Part shown: in pieces, positions 12,072 to 24,511 of the stretch
Numbering within the stretch: position 1 is the first letter of the stretch
Layout of the letters: every line of letters begins with the position of its first letter
Assembly: GCA_009103225.1 (NCBI GenBank)
Contig: RHPI01000732.1
Coordinates: 170,482-234,481, forward strand
Origin: Chlorokybus atmophyticus
Taxonomy: Eukaryota > Plantae > Mesostigma and Chlorokybus algae
Reading direction: 5' to 3'
Length of the DNA stretch: 64,000 bases
Translations under genes and position numbers: made by a program
Notes under the pieces: model-generated
Told to the model about the DNA's origin: nothing
Database searches by the model: none
The model's input: the letters and a program-made list of their open reading frames with translations, nothing else

Positions 12072-15000
12072 ATGTCCGCCCTGCTCGCCACCTCTTGCTG
12101 GCTGTCACCTCCACCCACAGCAAGACAAGGTACACCCCAACAATATGATGTTTTATGTTGCTGCTGATCAGTCCTGCCAGTCCACGTAAACATATCTCTC
12201 AACATGCCAAAACGCATATGCTGTTTCAGGCCGCAGAGCCACTACACGCGCAAAGAGCGAGTCACCCAACCCAAACACGCCCACACAAGTTGCCGCAAAG
12301 GCGTTGCAGCGTGTTGCCAAAGGCTTGAGTGCGGCGTTGCTCGCTGGCATCATCACTTTTCATCCCAACATCAGCGCCAGTGAAGCGGCGGAGTTGAAGG
12401 CACTGAACGCGTATGCGTGCGAGGACACTTCCATCTATTACAAGCCTGCAGCTGGCTTGACCGGCCCGGCACTCAAGCGTGCTTTGCATGAGATCATCAA
12501 AGACCACAAAGTGTTCACTTATGACCAGGTGAGCAGGTGAGCAGGGGCTGAGTTGAGGTTGTTGTGTTGTTGGTCGTTTGTACCCCGAACTTGACATGGC
12601 TGCGTGTGGGTTTATCAAGCATATCTGTAAGCATGCTGTCTGTGAGTATGCTGTCTACTGCATGCGTAAGCCCAACACCTCAACTGTATGTTGATATGGC
12701 GTCAGCTTCAACTTGTGACATTAGTATGTGTTGGTTACCATATACAGATTTGTAATTACAGAATAAACTTGAACTAAGTCTTGTTCACCTTATGGTGTTG
12801 AGAATCTGTGGGTTTTTCATGTGTGTGAGATGTCATGTGCAACACTGCCAATACAAATTGCGTAGAGCTACGTGGTGTGACAATGAATTGCACATGTTGA
12901 GACACTGGTCGCATGCTGTCATTTGGGACAGGACTAAGCATGTGGGCATGGTTGCAGGCTTGGGCGGCGCTAGGTTTGCTAGATGCCGGCGATGAAGCCA
13001 ACCCCACAACTTCACCCAATGTGTAAGCATGCACGCACGCACATACGCACGTGCATGCTGGTTGGCGCACTCTCACACAGGCCAACTTGCGCGCGCATGC
13101 AACACACGCCTTGAAGTTCATTTTGCGAGCGGATATATATTTTGTGCATCAGTCATTGATACAAACCACTGCAAGTTTGCACACAACCATCAGGTCATAT
13201 GCGCTGTTGTTTGTTATCACCACACACAAGTTTCCATCGCTGACAGGCTAGAGATTTACTCCAGAAGGCAGGCTCCCAAATCGCTGCAGGGCAATCCACA
13301 AGGCTGGAACCGTACGTAAGCATGTTTCACGACTCTGCTCTCATCATTGTGCTTGTTAACTGAACGTGGTGCCGGTAATAGCCTTATGTGTTTGTGCGTC
13401 ACACGCCGTGCACTGAGCATTTGGGTGCACAGGTGAACACCTTTGGCCAAGGTCGTTTGGCCTGCATCAGAAAGAGCCGAATTTTTCCGACCTGTACAAC
13501 TTGAGGCCTGCAGATGTAAATGGTGAGTAGTAGATAGTATCATGCTGGTGTTGCCTTGAATAACGCTTATCCAATTATCAGACACGCTCACGTGCACACA
13601 CACAGACACATTGGTGTATCAGTAGCACTTCCAGTAGTGGTGGTGTTGACGTATGGGATGTGCACCATGCAGTAAACTCTTCGCGTGGCAACAAGTTCTA
13701 CGATGAGTGTCAGGTCGGCGTGAACCAGTGCATACAGCCTGCCAACATCGAGGCTGCTGCTGACACCACCGCCGACACGTACTCCTGGGCGCCACCCATA
13801 GAGGTGATGATGAACATGACATTCATGTTGGCATTGACTGCTGTCTGCATGTTCTGTCAATCAATGGCAATAGCAATTGCTTATGATTGCTCAACGCTTT
13901 CAACATGTCTGTGTCACTGCAACACGCGTACACAGCTGTCATGTGTGCGTCGATGTATACAGTTGCGCTGTGTATGTGTGACATACACATGTGACTGCGA
14001 CACGCACGCACGCACGTACATACAATGCGCACTCTTGCATGTACCAATTCGTTTCGCACACATATAACCTACCTTGCCACACAGGTTCGGGGTGACATTG
14101 CCCGCTCGATGTTCTACATGGCCACGCGTTACGACGGTTCCGAGGGTCCAGAAGCGTTGGATTTGGAACTATCAGAAGTGCCAAACCCATCACGCGGTCG
14201 CTTCGGCCGTCTCAGCACGCTTTTGAAGTGGCACGCGGAGGATCCCGTCGATGAACACGAGCGGATGCGCAACGAACGCGTGTGCCGGCTGTTCCAACAC
14301 AACCGCAACCCGTTCATTGATCACCCGGAGTTTGTCACGCAGATCGATTGGAAGTCTGCACCGATGGTGGACCCGAAGCCAATACCGTATAAACCAACCT
14401 CGCCCGAACCGCCTGTGATAGAGCAACCCAACAACAACAGCAGCAACAAACCCAACATGCTCAACATGACTGGACTCGCCGTTGACCCGTGGATCAACGA
14501 GTTTCATTATGACAATGTTGGCGCCGATGAGAACGAGTTTGTTGAAGTTGCGGTGCCTTCCGGTGTCGACCCCTCCAACGTGACGGTTTATTTATACAAC
14601 GGTTCAGATGGAACCGCTTACAAGACTCTGCGACTAAACTCTGCGCCTTTCACGAAGCAGCAAAGTGTTGGGAATGTGGTTATGTACTCTGCGGTGTTGG
14701 GCACGAATACCATTCAGAACGGGAGTCCCGATGGCATTGCAATATCGGTGAAAAATGCAGCGAGTGAGAGGCTTGTGCAGTTTCTCTCCTATGAAGGAGT
14801 GTTTGCGGGGTCGGGAGGCGTTGCGGGAGGCATCAAGTCTGTGGACATCGGTGTTGAGGTGAGTACGTGTGTACGTTGTGTGTGAATGCACATGTGTCTC
14901 CTTCTCTTTTGGTTGATTGCTTTATGCATGATGACGTCCGTAAACAGGCATGCTCGTACATACATCTATTATGCATGAGCGGAACTTTGCATGAAGGCTG

Positions 15001-15316
15001 TATCATATTTCGTTGCACCTATCATGTTCAGAGGGTATTAGCTGTTGTCCTCCACAACACATCAAATGTTTTCGCTGTGCTTATGGTTCATACTTTGTGC
15101 AACTTTTGTATGTATATGCACGCTTGTGTTTACTTATATGTCCGTGTGCGCGTGTGTTTACATGTGTGTGGTTGACAGGAGAACAACGACACCCCCAAAG
15201 GCAAATCGCTCGGTTTGGTTGGGAGAGGCTCTGCATATAGCGACTTCCGTTGGAAAGCCATGGTGGCCTCACCTGGAGCTCAGAATGCAGAGCAGCAGAT
15301 TGTCATGGTGAGTTGA
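12072..15316 (+). CDS. Endonuclease I (EndA/Vvn/Bsn family, His-Me finger) fused to a C-terminal lamin-tail-like (LTD) domain
   Basis: Spliced exons give YACEDTSIYY, GWNREHLWPRSFG, DLYNLRPADVNVNSSRGNK, VRGDIARSMFYMATRY, LLKWHAEDPVDEHERMRNERVCRLFQHNRNPFIDHPE, then WINEFHYDNVGADENEFVEV...LYNGSDG...VQFLSYEG; last exon 15179-15316. Confidence 0.92.
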
Positions 15317-16429
15317 ACTCATCATCATGCACGTATGCCCAAGTAACATCTTTTTGAGCATCCATTCAAATGTCCAACATGGCTAGTATCTATCCGCTTG
15401 GTTGCCAACTCTGACCAATACAATATTACATGCATGTATGCATGCGGTGCAAGGTTTGTCGGCTTGTTGCCTACAGCTTGAATTGCATGGTTGTTACAAG
15501 CGGTTGTTGTTGTAAGTCTGGCGATGTGCAAACGGTGTGTGGAAGGCAGCATTGAGGTGTTTAAATTATGTGCCGATGGTTGGTTCAGTGGAAGGTACAT
15601 GCTGAGTTGTGGTTTAGTTGATAGATGGTTATGAGTAAGTTTTGTAGACAATATTGCCTACTATTTATTTTGCTTGCACACAAACACTGAACTCTGGGTG
15701 TTTGCAGAAGAACTGATGAAGTCGATGGCAGCAGTGCAGCTGAGGCTTCATAGCAACACAGTTTTGGCGCAATAGTGTAGAGTGGGCACATACTCGGTGG
15801 TCAGAGACCACACACACAATTGACTTCTTTGCGGATTTGAATAACATTGAGCAGGGAATTGGCTGCTAGACCGTTTGCATGAGAACATTATAAACATCAG
15901 CTTGCAGGTGGCCGCAATTTGTGCTGCAAACTTGGTTGTTGCAGATGGGGATGGGGAGCCATGACCACCAGGTGTAAAGGGTGTCGCCTGTGCATATCGT
16001 AGGAGCGCATTGACACCATATGAACCCCATTGACTACATCAGTCCACACCACACAGTGCTACTAATGTGAGTGGCGTCCGGATGTCGCAATTAGCAATCG
16101 AGAGTGACTCAACGACACAAGTGCCCTGCTTATGAAAAGCCCCGCATCATGCCTGCATTTGAATTTGTTCACTATCGTACTTTTTCCAACTTGAAGCATG
16201 CCCTCTGTGTCCTCAGTATCCTGTTAGCAGAGTTAACTTTATCGCTGATGCTGGCTGTTGAGCAGCACAAGCATCTGTTCTGTGCAACGCAACTACTGCT
16301 CTGCTGCTAAACAATTCAGCTTCAAACTTGTACCTTTGCCTTTGTTATGAACATCGCAAACAATAAATCACAAGCTACCTAACTGTGTTGTACTCACAAG
16401 CCCACTTTGCTTTATTGGTGTCTGTGTCT

Positions 16430-17980
16430 CTACAGGAAGTCGCTCACTCCCTTGGCTACAATGGCGGCCCGCTGGGTTGCGAGGTTAGCGTCAATCTCCT
16501 CGCCGCGCTTCCTCGCAGCCTCAGAGGCTGCGGGCAACTCCTTCATCATCTCTGATCCGCAATACAGCAACGCCATTGCTGCAGTCCACAGTAGAATGTA
16601 CAAGGGCTGCGCGACACAAGGACACGCAATAGGTGAAAATCAGTGCTTAGGCAAACCATGACTGCAACTGTCATCAACACCAGAAGTAGTACTACATGAC
16701 TGAACATGATGTCAGCAAGAGGGTTGCTGACATTCAAACTTAGTCCTAGATGCTTGCATGCACAGTGCGCCACATGCTCAATTCATTCAAAGCAGCGCTT
16801 GGGCATGTTACTAGCTTGCTGCAATGACAATGTAGGGTGTTTCCTTGTTTGTGCAATGATGCACATTGCACTGATAAACAAACACCACAATGGCTTTGTG
16901 CATGAAGTTTACCTCAACGTTGAGCCAGAGTGCGACAATTAATCCTTCAGGGAAAGTCCAGGCAAGAACGCCTAAGAGAGGGAGCACCCATCAGCCATGG
17001 GACAGCGGACACGACACTGAACGGGTGAGCACATTTTGCAAAGAAACAAACAGATAGACACGCATACTTCCCAATGTCCACATCAACAGCTGGACACGAA
17101 ACACATAGAAGCCTCACCTTGGAAACCGCTGGGCCAACCAGCCTGCCTCAGGCCTTCTTCGCTGTACTCCTTCCACTTCTCAATCCCTGCAGTCGTTACC
17201 AGCCTTAGACCCAAAGACACAGGTCATGCAGCCTAGAATGATAGAGTATACGTATAGGTCGAAGTACAACAAAACGTAAAATAAAGACATTCTGCCGACA
17301 ACACGACACGACAAGCCCACTTGAACAAAGAGTAAAGATCGAATGAAACAACACTACAAAGACTCCAAAAGCAGCACTAGCAGAAATGCTCATGCTCACC
17401 CTCTTCCGACTTCTTGAAGGTGTGATGCTCATCCTCGTGCCCCCAGTCGAAGTCCTCCCTGTCGGCGCCGCGCGTGGCGAAAGGCTCCATGCGGTCGCCA
17501 TGGTCGTCCGCAGCACGCACCACAAGCGACCTCTGGAGCCTTGCTGGCTTGCCGGCCAAAACACGACTCCTACATGAAAGACAAATAAACACTTACAATC
17601 AACAGCCATCATTAAGCAGCTTTACACGCTATAAGCACTCTGTTTTCTTTTGCACTGTGCACTGGCTCACAAGCACTGGACCACAAGAAACTGACACTGC
17701 TTAACAGAAAAGGAACAGAGCGAACTCTTCTCTGCGAGTCAGTGCAGGGACAAGCTACGTGAACTACAGAATGATATTGAAGTACAGAGGCTCAGGTGCT
17801 TTGTGCTCTATGCGTTGCTTTTCTTGTCTAGTGCCTTTGAGTGCATTTACTCGTCCCCAAGTGAGTGCAACTCGGTCCCAACCTGGCATACCTTGCAAGG
17901 GGCGACCGGCGACGCAGCACCGCGGAAGCGGCGGTGGAGACGGACGTCACCTGGCAGCAGAGCACGGACGACGACGCCAT
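16430..17980 (-). CDS. Small orphan protein (about 150 aa) with chloroplast transit peptide-like N-terminus
   Basis: Four phase-consistent exons give MASSVLCCQVTSVSTAASAVLRRRSPLARSRVLAGKPARLQRSLVVRA-ADDHGDRMEPFATRGADREDFDWGHEDEHHTFKKSEEGIEKWKEYSEEGLRQAGWPSGFQEMMKELPAASEAARKRGEEIDANLATQRAAIVAKGVSDFL*. Confidence 0.7.
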
Positions 17981-18199
17981 GGTAAACACTGCGGCCAACC
18001 CCACCACCACCGCCGCCGCTGTCGCCAACGCTAGCCACAGACACTTTTTCCCTCTAACCCTAAGCCGCGGATATCAACCATCCCGTCAAGAAGGCTGCAC
18101 GTTAGATGTTTGAGGTCAAGTCTGGTTTCGGAAGTGAAGTGGTGGGTTTTTAATCAGGTTGAGGGTGTGAGCGGCGATGTGGTTGAGGGTGTGAGCGGC

Positions 18200-20240
18200 A
18201 TGGGTGAGCGGCGGGGGCGGCGTGTCAGGGAGGCTGAGAGGGTGCAGAGTCATGCGGAGGCATCTTCATCCTCCTGGCCTGATTGGGCTGGGGGCCTGCC
18301 GGAGGACGTCATGCTGCTGGTGCTGGAGCGGCTGACGCCGCATGGGGTGGCGGCGGCGGCCGGGGTCTGCCGCTCATGGCGACGAGTGGCGTGGCCCTAT
18401 CGCCAGGGCAGAGTGTTCTACCTGTGGGGCGTAAACTTTTTGCATGGCACGGGCGGCGTCAGACGCAACGCTGAAAAGGCACTCCACTCCTTGTTGAAGG
18501 TGTGCTTGGTGGTTGTTTTCGACGCGAGCCTGAAGTTTGCGTTGCTTAACTGTTGAATTGCAAATCTTGATTTGCATACCATTGCCGGTCGCTATGATCC
18601 AAAGCTTGTGACTCATGCGAGACTGCTAAGTGACAGCATCAGCTTACTGTCTCTGTGTTCTTCTGACCAGTCTGCTGCACAAGCATACCCATCTCAGTAT
18701 GCCAGTATCGGTGCATGGTTGAGTACTTCGTTTACGACAAGCTCACACTACATCACCCGAATTGCGTGACCAGTTTGTTGACTTGTATTTGGCGCGTTGC
18801 AATAACCGTTGTATAGCGATTACTGTGCTTTCTTTGGCAGCGGTAACTTAGCTTGGTTTTTGGCTGGCAGGCTGCTAAACTGGGCAATATACCAGCTATG
18901 GTAGAAGCAGGCGTGCTGCTGTGGAAAGCTGACCGTAGGTACTGGCACTATAGCTACCTTGCTGGGCATCAGGGCAACAGCTTGCTGTCCAGGGTTTTGT
19001 TGCACGTACGTAGTTATGTGGCGTCAGGATCGTGCACTTCACGTGTTTGCAACATGCACGGGAATGGTGGCCCTTTTGTTATACGAGTTGAGTTGTTTTC
19101 TTCCTCAGCGTCAGTAATCCACGCTCAAATAAGTGTCAAGTCCAGGCCATCAGTGTGCGCCACACCCGTATCCGAAGCATGTGTACTGATGTTTATGCCA
19201 TTATATGTCCAGAGCAGAGGCAACAGAGTGGTATGAAAAGGCTGCAGAGATTGGAGATGCGCGCGCCTCCTGCAATCTGGGTCTTGCCCACTTGGCAGGT
19301 ATTGTGCACAGTCAACTGCAAGGTTTGTTAGTGTAATGTGGGCGGGAAGTGTAAAAGTGTTCAGTAAGTGCATGAATATGATGTTTGGCAACTGTTTTGT
19401 GCTGCTTCAATCTGATGTCCTTGCCAGATGGCCGCGCTGGTGAGGCTGTTCCGCATTTGTCTGAGGCAGCGGCACTGGGCAATGCACGAGCGCAGTACAG
19501 CTTGGCACTGTGTTTGCATCGCGGACAAGGAACAGAAAGAGACATTACAGCAGCGGTAAGGCAGCTTGCATGGATAATGCAGGGGGCATCACCCAACTGA
19601 CATGGGGTGAAGGGGGCCAAGTTGGCATTCTGCATATATACACATATGACATATAGTGCACCTGTGCGGTTGGACATTTCAACTCGTGATAGACAGGCTT
19701 AGTCACTTTGTCCCTGATTGACTGCTGTCCTGTGGTGTCTGCAGGTACGATGGTACTCTGCGGCAGCGCGAGGCGGCAATGCGCGTGCAATGTACAACCT
19801 AGCTCTATCCTATGCTGAAGGGGAGGGGGGCCTTGCGAGGGATCTGCGCAAGTGGCGCTATTGGCTGACACAAGCTGCTAATTGTGGCCATGCACTCGCC
19901 CAGCATGCACTCGGCCAAGAATTACTCAGGGTGCGTTCAGGCATGTTAGTAACACAAGTGCGGCTGTGTTATGAGTAGTAGCAGCGGCAGCCTCAGCAAG
20001 TATCCTGTATCAGTTGTGATGTATCCTCCAGTATGAGCGTTGTACAGCAACACCATTGACAGTTGCAAGCAGGGGGGTGACGGCAAGCAGGCTCTGCTGT
20101 ACCTCAAGCTAGCTGCCAAAGGGGGCTGCGCAGAGGCGGTTGGAGAGCATGACGCGCTCAAGCGCAGGCTGTCGGAGTCAACATGTGCTGACGTAGAGCG
20201 ACTGGCATTGCGTTGGAGAATAAAAAAGGACAAATGCTGA
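18200..20240 (+). CDS. F-box protein with Sel1-like repeats (plant At1g70590-type)
   Basis: F-box LPEDVMLLVLERL...AAAAGVCRSWRRV, followed by Sel1 repeats (GNARAQYSLALCLHRGQG, GNARAMYNLALSYAEGEG, GHALAQHALG, ALLYLKLAAKGG); stop at 20238-20240. Confidence 0.9.
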
Positions 20241-22049
20241 CAAGGAAATGGACAGCAGTGGCGCAACAACTGTATTCGGAAGGGTGCACATATGCATAGC
20301 AGTAGTTGCTCCGCAATCGTTTGCTGATCATGTAATAATAGTGCAAATATTGTACAGTAAGTTATAGTAAATCATATTTAAACAAAGGCAGCGTGGGCGC
20401 CTACGTGCGTACTTAGTTGAGACAGTCAGCAACAGGTTACCGAACATAGGACTGGGCCAAGCCTCTTACAGATAGTAGACAGAAATGACATCACTATGGG
20501 TTGGCGAGCTTGTTGCAGCTCGCACCCATCCAAACCCCACCTGTTCACGCACGGCGAGCGTACTGACCCGGGGGCAACTGCAGCCGTCAGTCATATGTCT
20601 GAAATTGTAACTTATTGTAGTAAGTTTAATAGAACAAGGACAAAGGGTCTGGTAGGTTGTTCATGGGTGTTTCATATTGGCATAAGCTCAACTGAGTTAA
20701 TCACACAAAAAGTTTTCCAAAGTATGTTGTTATACACCATTCACAATGAACGCCGTTAAGATCCCCATATTTACAAGCAGCAAGTGTTTTACCATATCAT
20801 CATATTACGAGGCATTCTTCTGGGGCTGCTCGAAACCATCAAGAACAGCACAAGCATAATGACGTGTACAAGCACACGTATATCGCATGCAACTATACCA
20901 GATGTGCAACTATACCAGATGTGAATAAACAAAATGCGGGGGCAATGGACTATGATAATATCGTAGTATATAGGATTGGACATAACCACAATGCATAAAA
21001 GCATGAAGCACAGTGTCTTATATTAAAAATCCCAGTTTAAAACTTCCACAGTGTTGAAACGCATACAGTCAAATTCTAAGATCAGCACTAATCAACTTTG
21101 TTAATGTATCCATTGCTTTTCGCTTGTCGAAGCTGCTGCTTATGGTATACAAGTGTGTTTTCACGTGGTTATATGGAGTTGTAACATGAATGAGATGCAA
21201 CCTTAACCTTATTTATGTTCAGGAAGAAATGATGTCTAGCAAAAAAAACCCCTTGCGAATACGCAAACAATGCAATCGCGACCTTTGCCAGCATAATGTA
21301 AATGAAAAATTAACTTTAGCATGACATGTGATATGCAAAGCGAAGGTAGCATACCTTTGCATATTACGATAATCGGCACAGCAATATGCATTGTGCAATG
21401 GTATTTATTGCTTTTCCTTCACATCAGCGTAATAACATATTGAAACACTATGTCATGAAGAGTCTGATTATGACACAATTTCTCACAGCGATTTCGCTAT
21501 AAGTTTAATTTGATTGTGTGAATTGTTAACAGCTTCTTCCACAACTTTTCAAGTTCAATGACTCTGACATGTTAAAGATACTGTTATCGAAGTTATGAAA
21601 ACCGAGCTACACAACCTTCACCTATGGTGTGCAACTTGCAATGGCATATGGGGAGCGGAGATAACTTACTTCGTGAAAACCATTTGCAGCAAGTATCAAC
21701 TATTTAGTAATTCTTGGATGAGTCCCAAGGCTCCTCCAAAAAGTAAGGCTCACTCTAGGAAAAGGTTCCTCTCCAAGCCAAAGGAGTCCTTGAAGTGAGG
21801 CGCCTTCATGACGATCGGTTTCCCCGTCAGCCCCGCCCTTTCCTAAAGCGGTAACTTCAGCTCCTGTCGCGTCGTTGAGCCCAACAGAACCCATGCGTGC
21901 CTCTGGGCTAAGCGGCGCTCAGTGCCTCCTGTTGATGTTGTCGTTGTTGGTGGTAGTAGTAGTGCTGGACGGCCAGGCTGGGAGGCAGCTGGATGGTCGC
22001 CGCTGCCGCCCACCCGGGCGTCCTGCTTGTTGCGTTCCGGGGCGTGGAC

Positions 22050-24511
22050 ATGGACAAGAGCTTGCGCCGGCGAGGGAACCTTAAGGAGGATTGGCACCAG
22101 GTCTGAGAAACAAACAGCAGCACGCCTTGACTTCTGTCCAACTCTTTATGTGTTGGACAGAAGCTGTCAACATGGCTCATTTGACTGCGGTCCGACAGCT
22201 GGCTGACATGCATGCCCCCTCTCTCAGGAGGTGCATGACGACAGCAGTTCTTCCAAAGGCAAGCTGCTCAGCAGTGCAACAGCAGGTTAGCAGTTTCTGC
22301 TAAGCTCATGCATGATGGACTGAGCTTTTCACACTGCAAAGCATGCCAACTTTCCATGCTGTTTCGCACTGGCTAGTCGTTATACTTGGCAGCTGGAGCT
22401 CAGCTGCTTAGCTAGCTGCTGGGCAGGCCTGTGGCAAACAGCCTTTTGCTTCTTGTTTTCCCTCGGCAGCTTCACATGGCACGCAAGCTTGTAGCTAAAG
22501 TTGAACGTGGCAACCAGGTCGAAGCTTGCGTACCAATGGTCTATGTTGCTGCACTGTTGCAGGTGTAAAAGCTGGCTCGACTGTCGCCCCGCAGACACTA
22601 ACGGTAAGATTTTGGCCAAGTAGCTCGTCCGCTTTCAAGGTTTGTGTCTTTGTGACCAAGGAAGCAGTTGTTGTGCCTCTTGGTGCGATTCTGTGTGGGA
22701 GTCGGTCATCACAGCTACGGCAGTGTTGTGTTTATGTGTCTGGGTTGTCCTGTCAAGACCGTATGCAAAACATGCTTTTGAAGCATTCGTTGCATACCAG
22801 CGGCTGCGTGCATTAAGTCAGCACTGTTACCCAGTATCCTGCATACACATATGCCATATACATGCTCACACCAAACGTGTATCAGCACGTGCTTGCACAC
22901 GAGCACGCAGCCACGCACCTGGGCATGTGCGTTCACCCCCCACCCAACACGCACGCCGTGCTCGCACCTACATGTGCACACGTGCGCGCGTGCACACACA
23001 CGCACTTACAATGTGTCATACTCACACAGGACGCTCCCTGTTCTACAAGCAGTGCGCGGCGCGATGGAGATGAGAGGACAGATGACGATGCCTGGAGCTT
23101 CTCTGCATGGGCGGACCAGTTGAGCAGAGCGGTCAACGACCTGTTCTCGGGAGAGACGCAATCACCGCATGAAGCACCAAGCGCATCCACCGTGGTAACA
23201 TCGTCATAACTGTCTAACTTTGCATGTGTCCAACCTAAGGCATTTGACAAGATGTGCTTGAAAGAAAGCACAGAGAGATGTTGTCATTGTGGTTGTCTAC
23301 GCAGCAATGACTCCTGCACTGATCTTGATTGATTGATGTCGATCATACTGCTAGCAATTACATGCGACCTTCTTTGTGGCTACTTGCCTGGCATGCAGCG
23401 GACAGCGCAAGCATCTGTTTACATGCGTGCGCTCAGTGCGAGCCACAAGGTGTTGGCTCGCACTGAGCGCACTCATGTTCTTTCTAGCACACTATGCATG
23501 ACGATGCTTCACAATTCCCAAAGTCACGTTTGGTCTTCTTAACAGACAACAACAGCTTGTCACTATCATCTGTTAACATCGCACGGTTTTGCAGCCAGAC
23601 ACTGGCCAATGGCAAGGCACATGGCAAGCGCTCGAGTCTCCAATCTCACACAGAAGCCAACTGGTTTCAAGTGACTTGTCAGTTGCAGCTCCCTTAAAGC
23701 AGGTACTCTCACTGCAATGCATTGTGAGTCACGCGCACGTGGACATCCGCACAAACCTACAGACACCCATAGACACACGCACGTGCGCGCACGTTCAGTG
23801 GGTGCTTACAAAGAAGTTGCAGGCTGAGCACCGATGGGCTGCTAGAATTATGTCACTAGAGCAGAGGCTGGAACAGCGCCAAATACAAGTGAGTAGCGGG
23901 CTTCAATAATACTATCTGACACTGGGTGTTTTGAGTAACCAGTCCCAAACATGTAGACTGTTGGAAACGCAGTTGGAAGATGCCAATGGCAGGCTTGCTT
24001 GGCTGGAACAAGAGAACAGTCAGCTGCGCAGCGACTGTCCACGCGACCCTGCCAGCGATGCAGCAAATGGGCAGGTACATGAGACTCTATGCATACCTTG
24101 TGCTGGTGTCTGGCATGGCTCACATGCATCAAGAACCACACACGCACATGCACAAAGAAATACCAAGCTGCAAGCATATGAGTCCTTGCGCACACGTATG
24201 CGTCGCATGCAATGCCACTCAGTCCTGACTATGCTGCATCCACACACTTTGGCTTGCATGCTGTGTCATCAACCCTTTTACCTGAACAGGTTGATGCTTT
24301 GCTGGGTGAGAATGCAAGTCTCAAAGTCGAAAACAACAGACTGCAGAGAGAGATAGGCAGGTTGGAGGCGCTCGTGCGCTACCACGAGGCCTTGCTTGAG
24401 GCGACACCTACGTCGTCCGCACAACCCCAAATCAGCGCATTCGATGACATGCTCACAGCAATACTGCACCAGTCGGCTGCGGAAGTAACGTATGAAGGGC
24501 AGTTCCTTTGA
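22050..24511 (+). CDS. Multi-exon coiled-coil protein of unknown function
   Basis: Start MDKSLRRRGNLKEDWHQ (22050-22100); later exons WSFSAWADQLSRAVNDLF, RIMSLEQRLEQRQ, LLETQLEDANGRLAWLEQENSQL, VDALLGENASLKVENNRLQREIGRLEALVRYHE. The last segment loosely resembles a plant coiled-coil family (LETLLAEKARLA.EN..Y.REN..LREIVEYHQ). Middle exons uncertain. Confidence 0.6.

Noticed and set aside
13470-13520. DLYNL instead of DLHNL suggesting an inactive endonuclease I
   Set aside because: The general-base His is in the retained REHLWP motif and the metal-binding Asn residues are present.
20400-21900. Hidden gene or ncRNA in the long AT-richer spacer (short MKAPHFKDSFGLERNLFLE exon with a gtgagc donor on the minus strand)
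   Set aside because: No in-phase downstream exons or RNA-family motifs could be identified.
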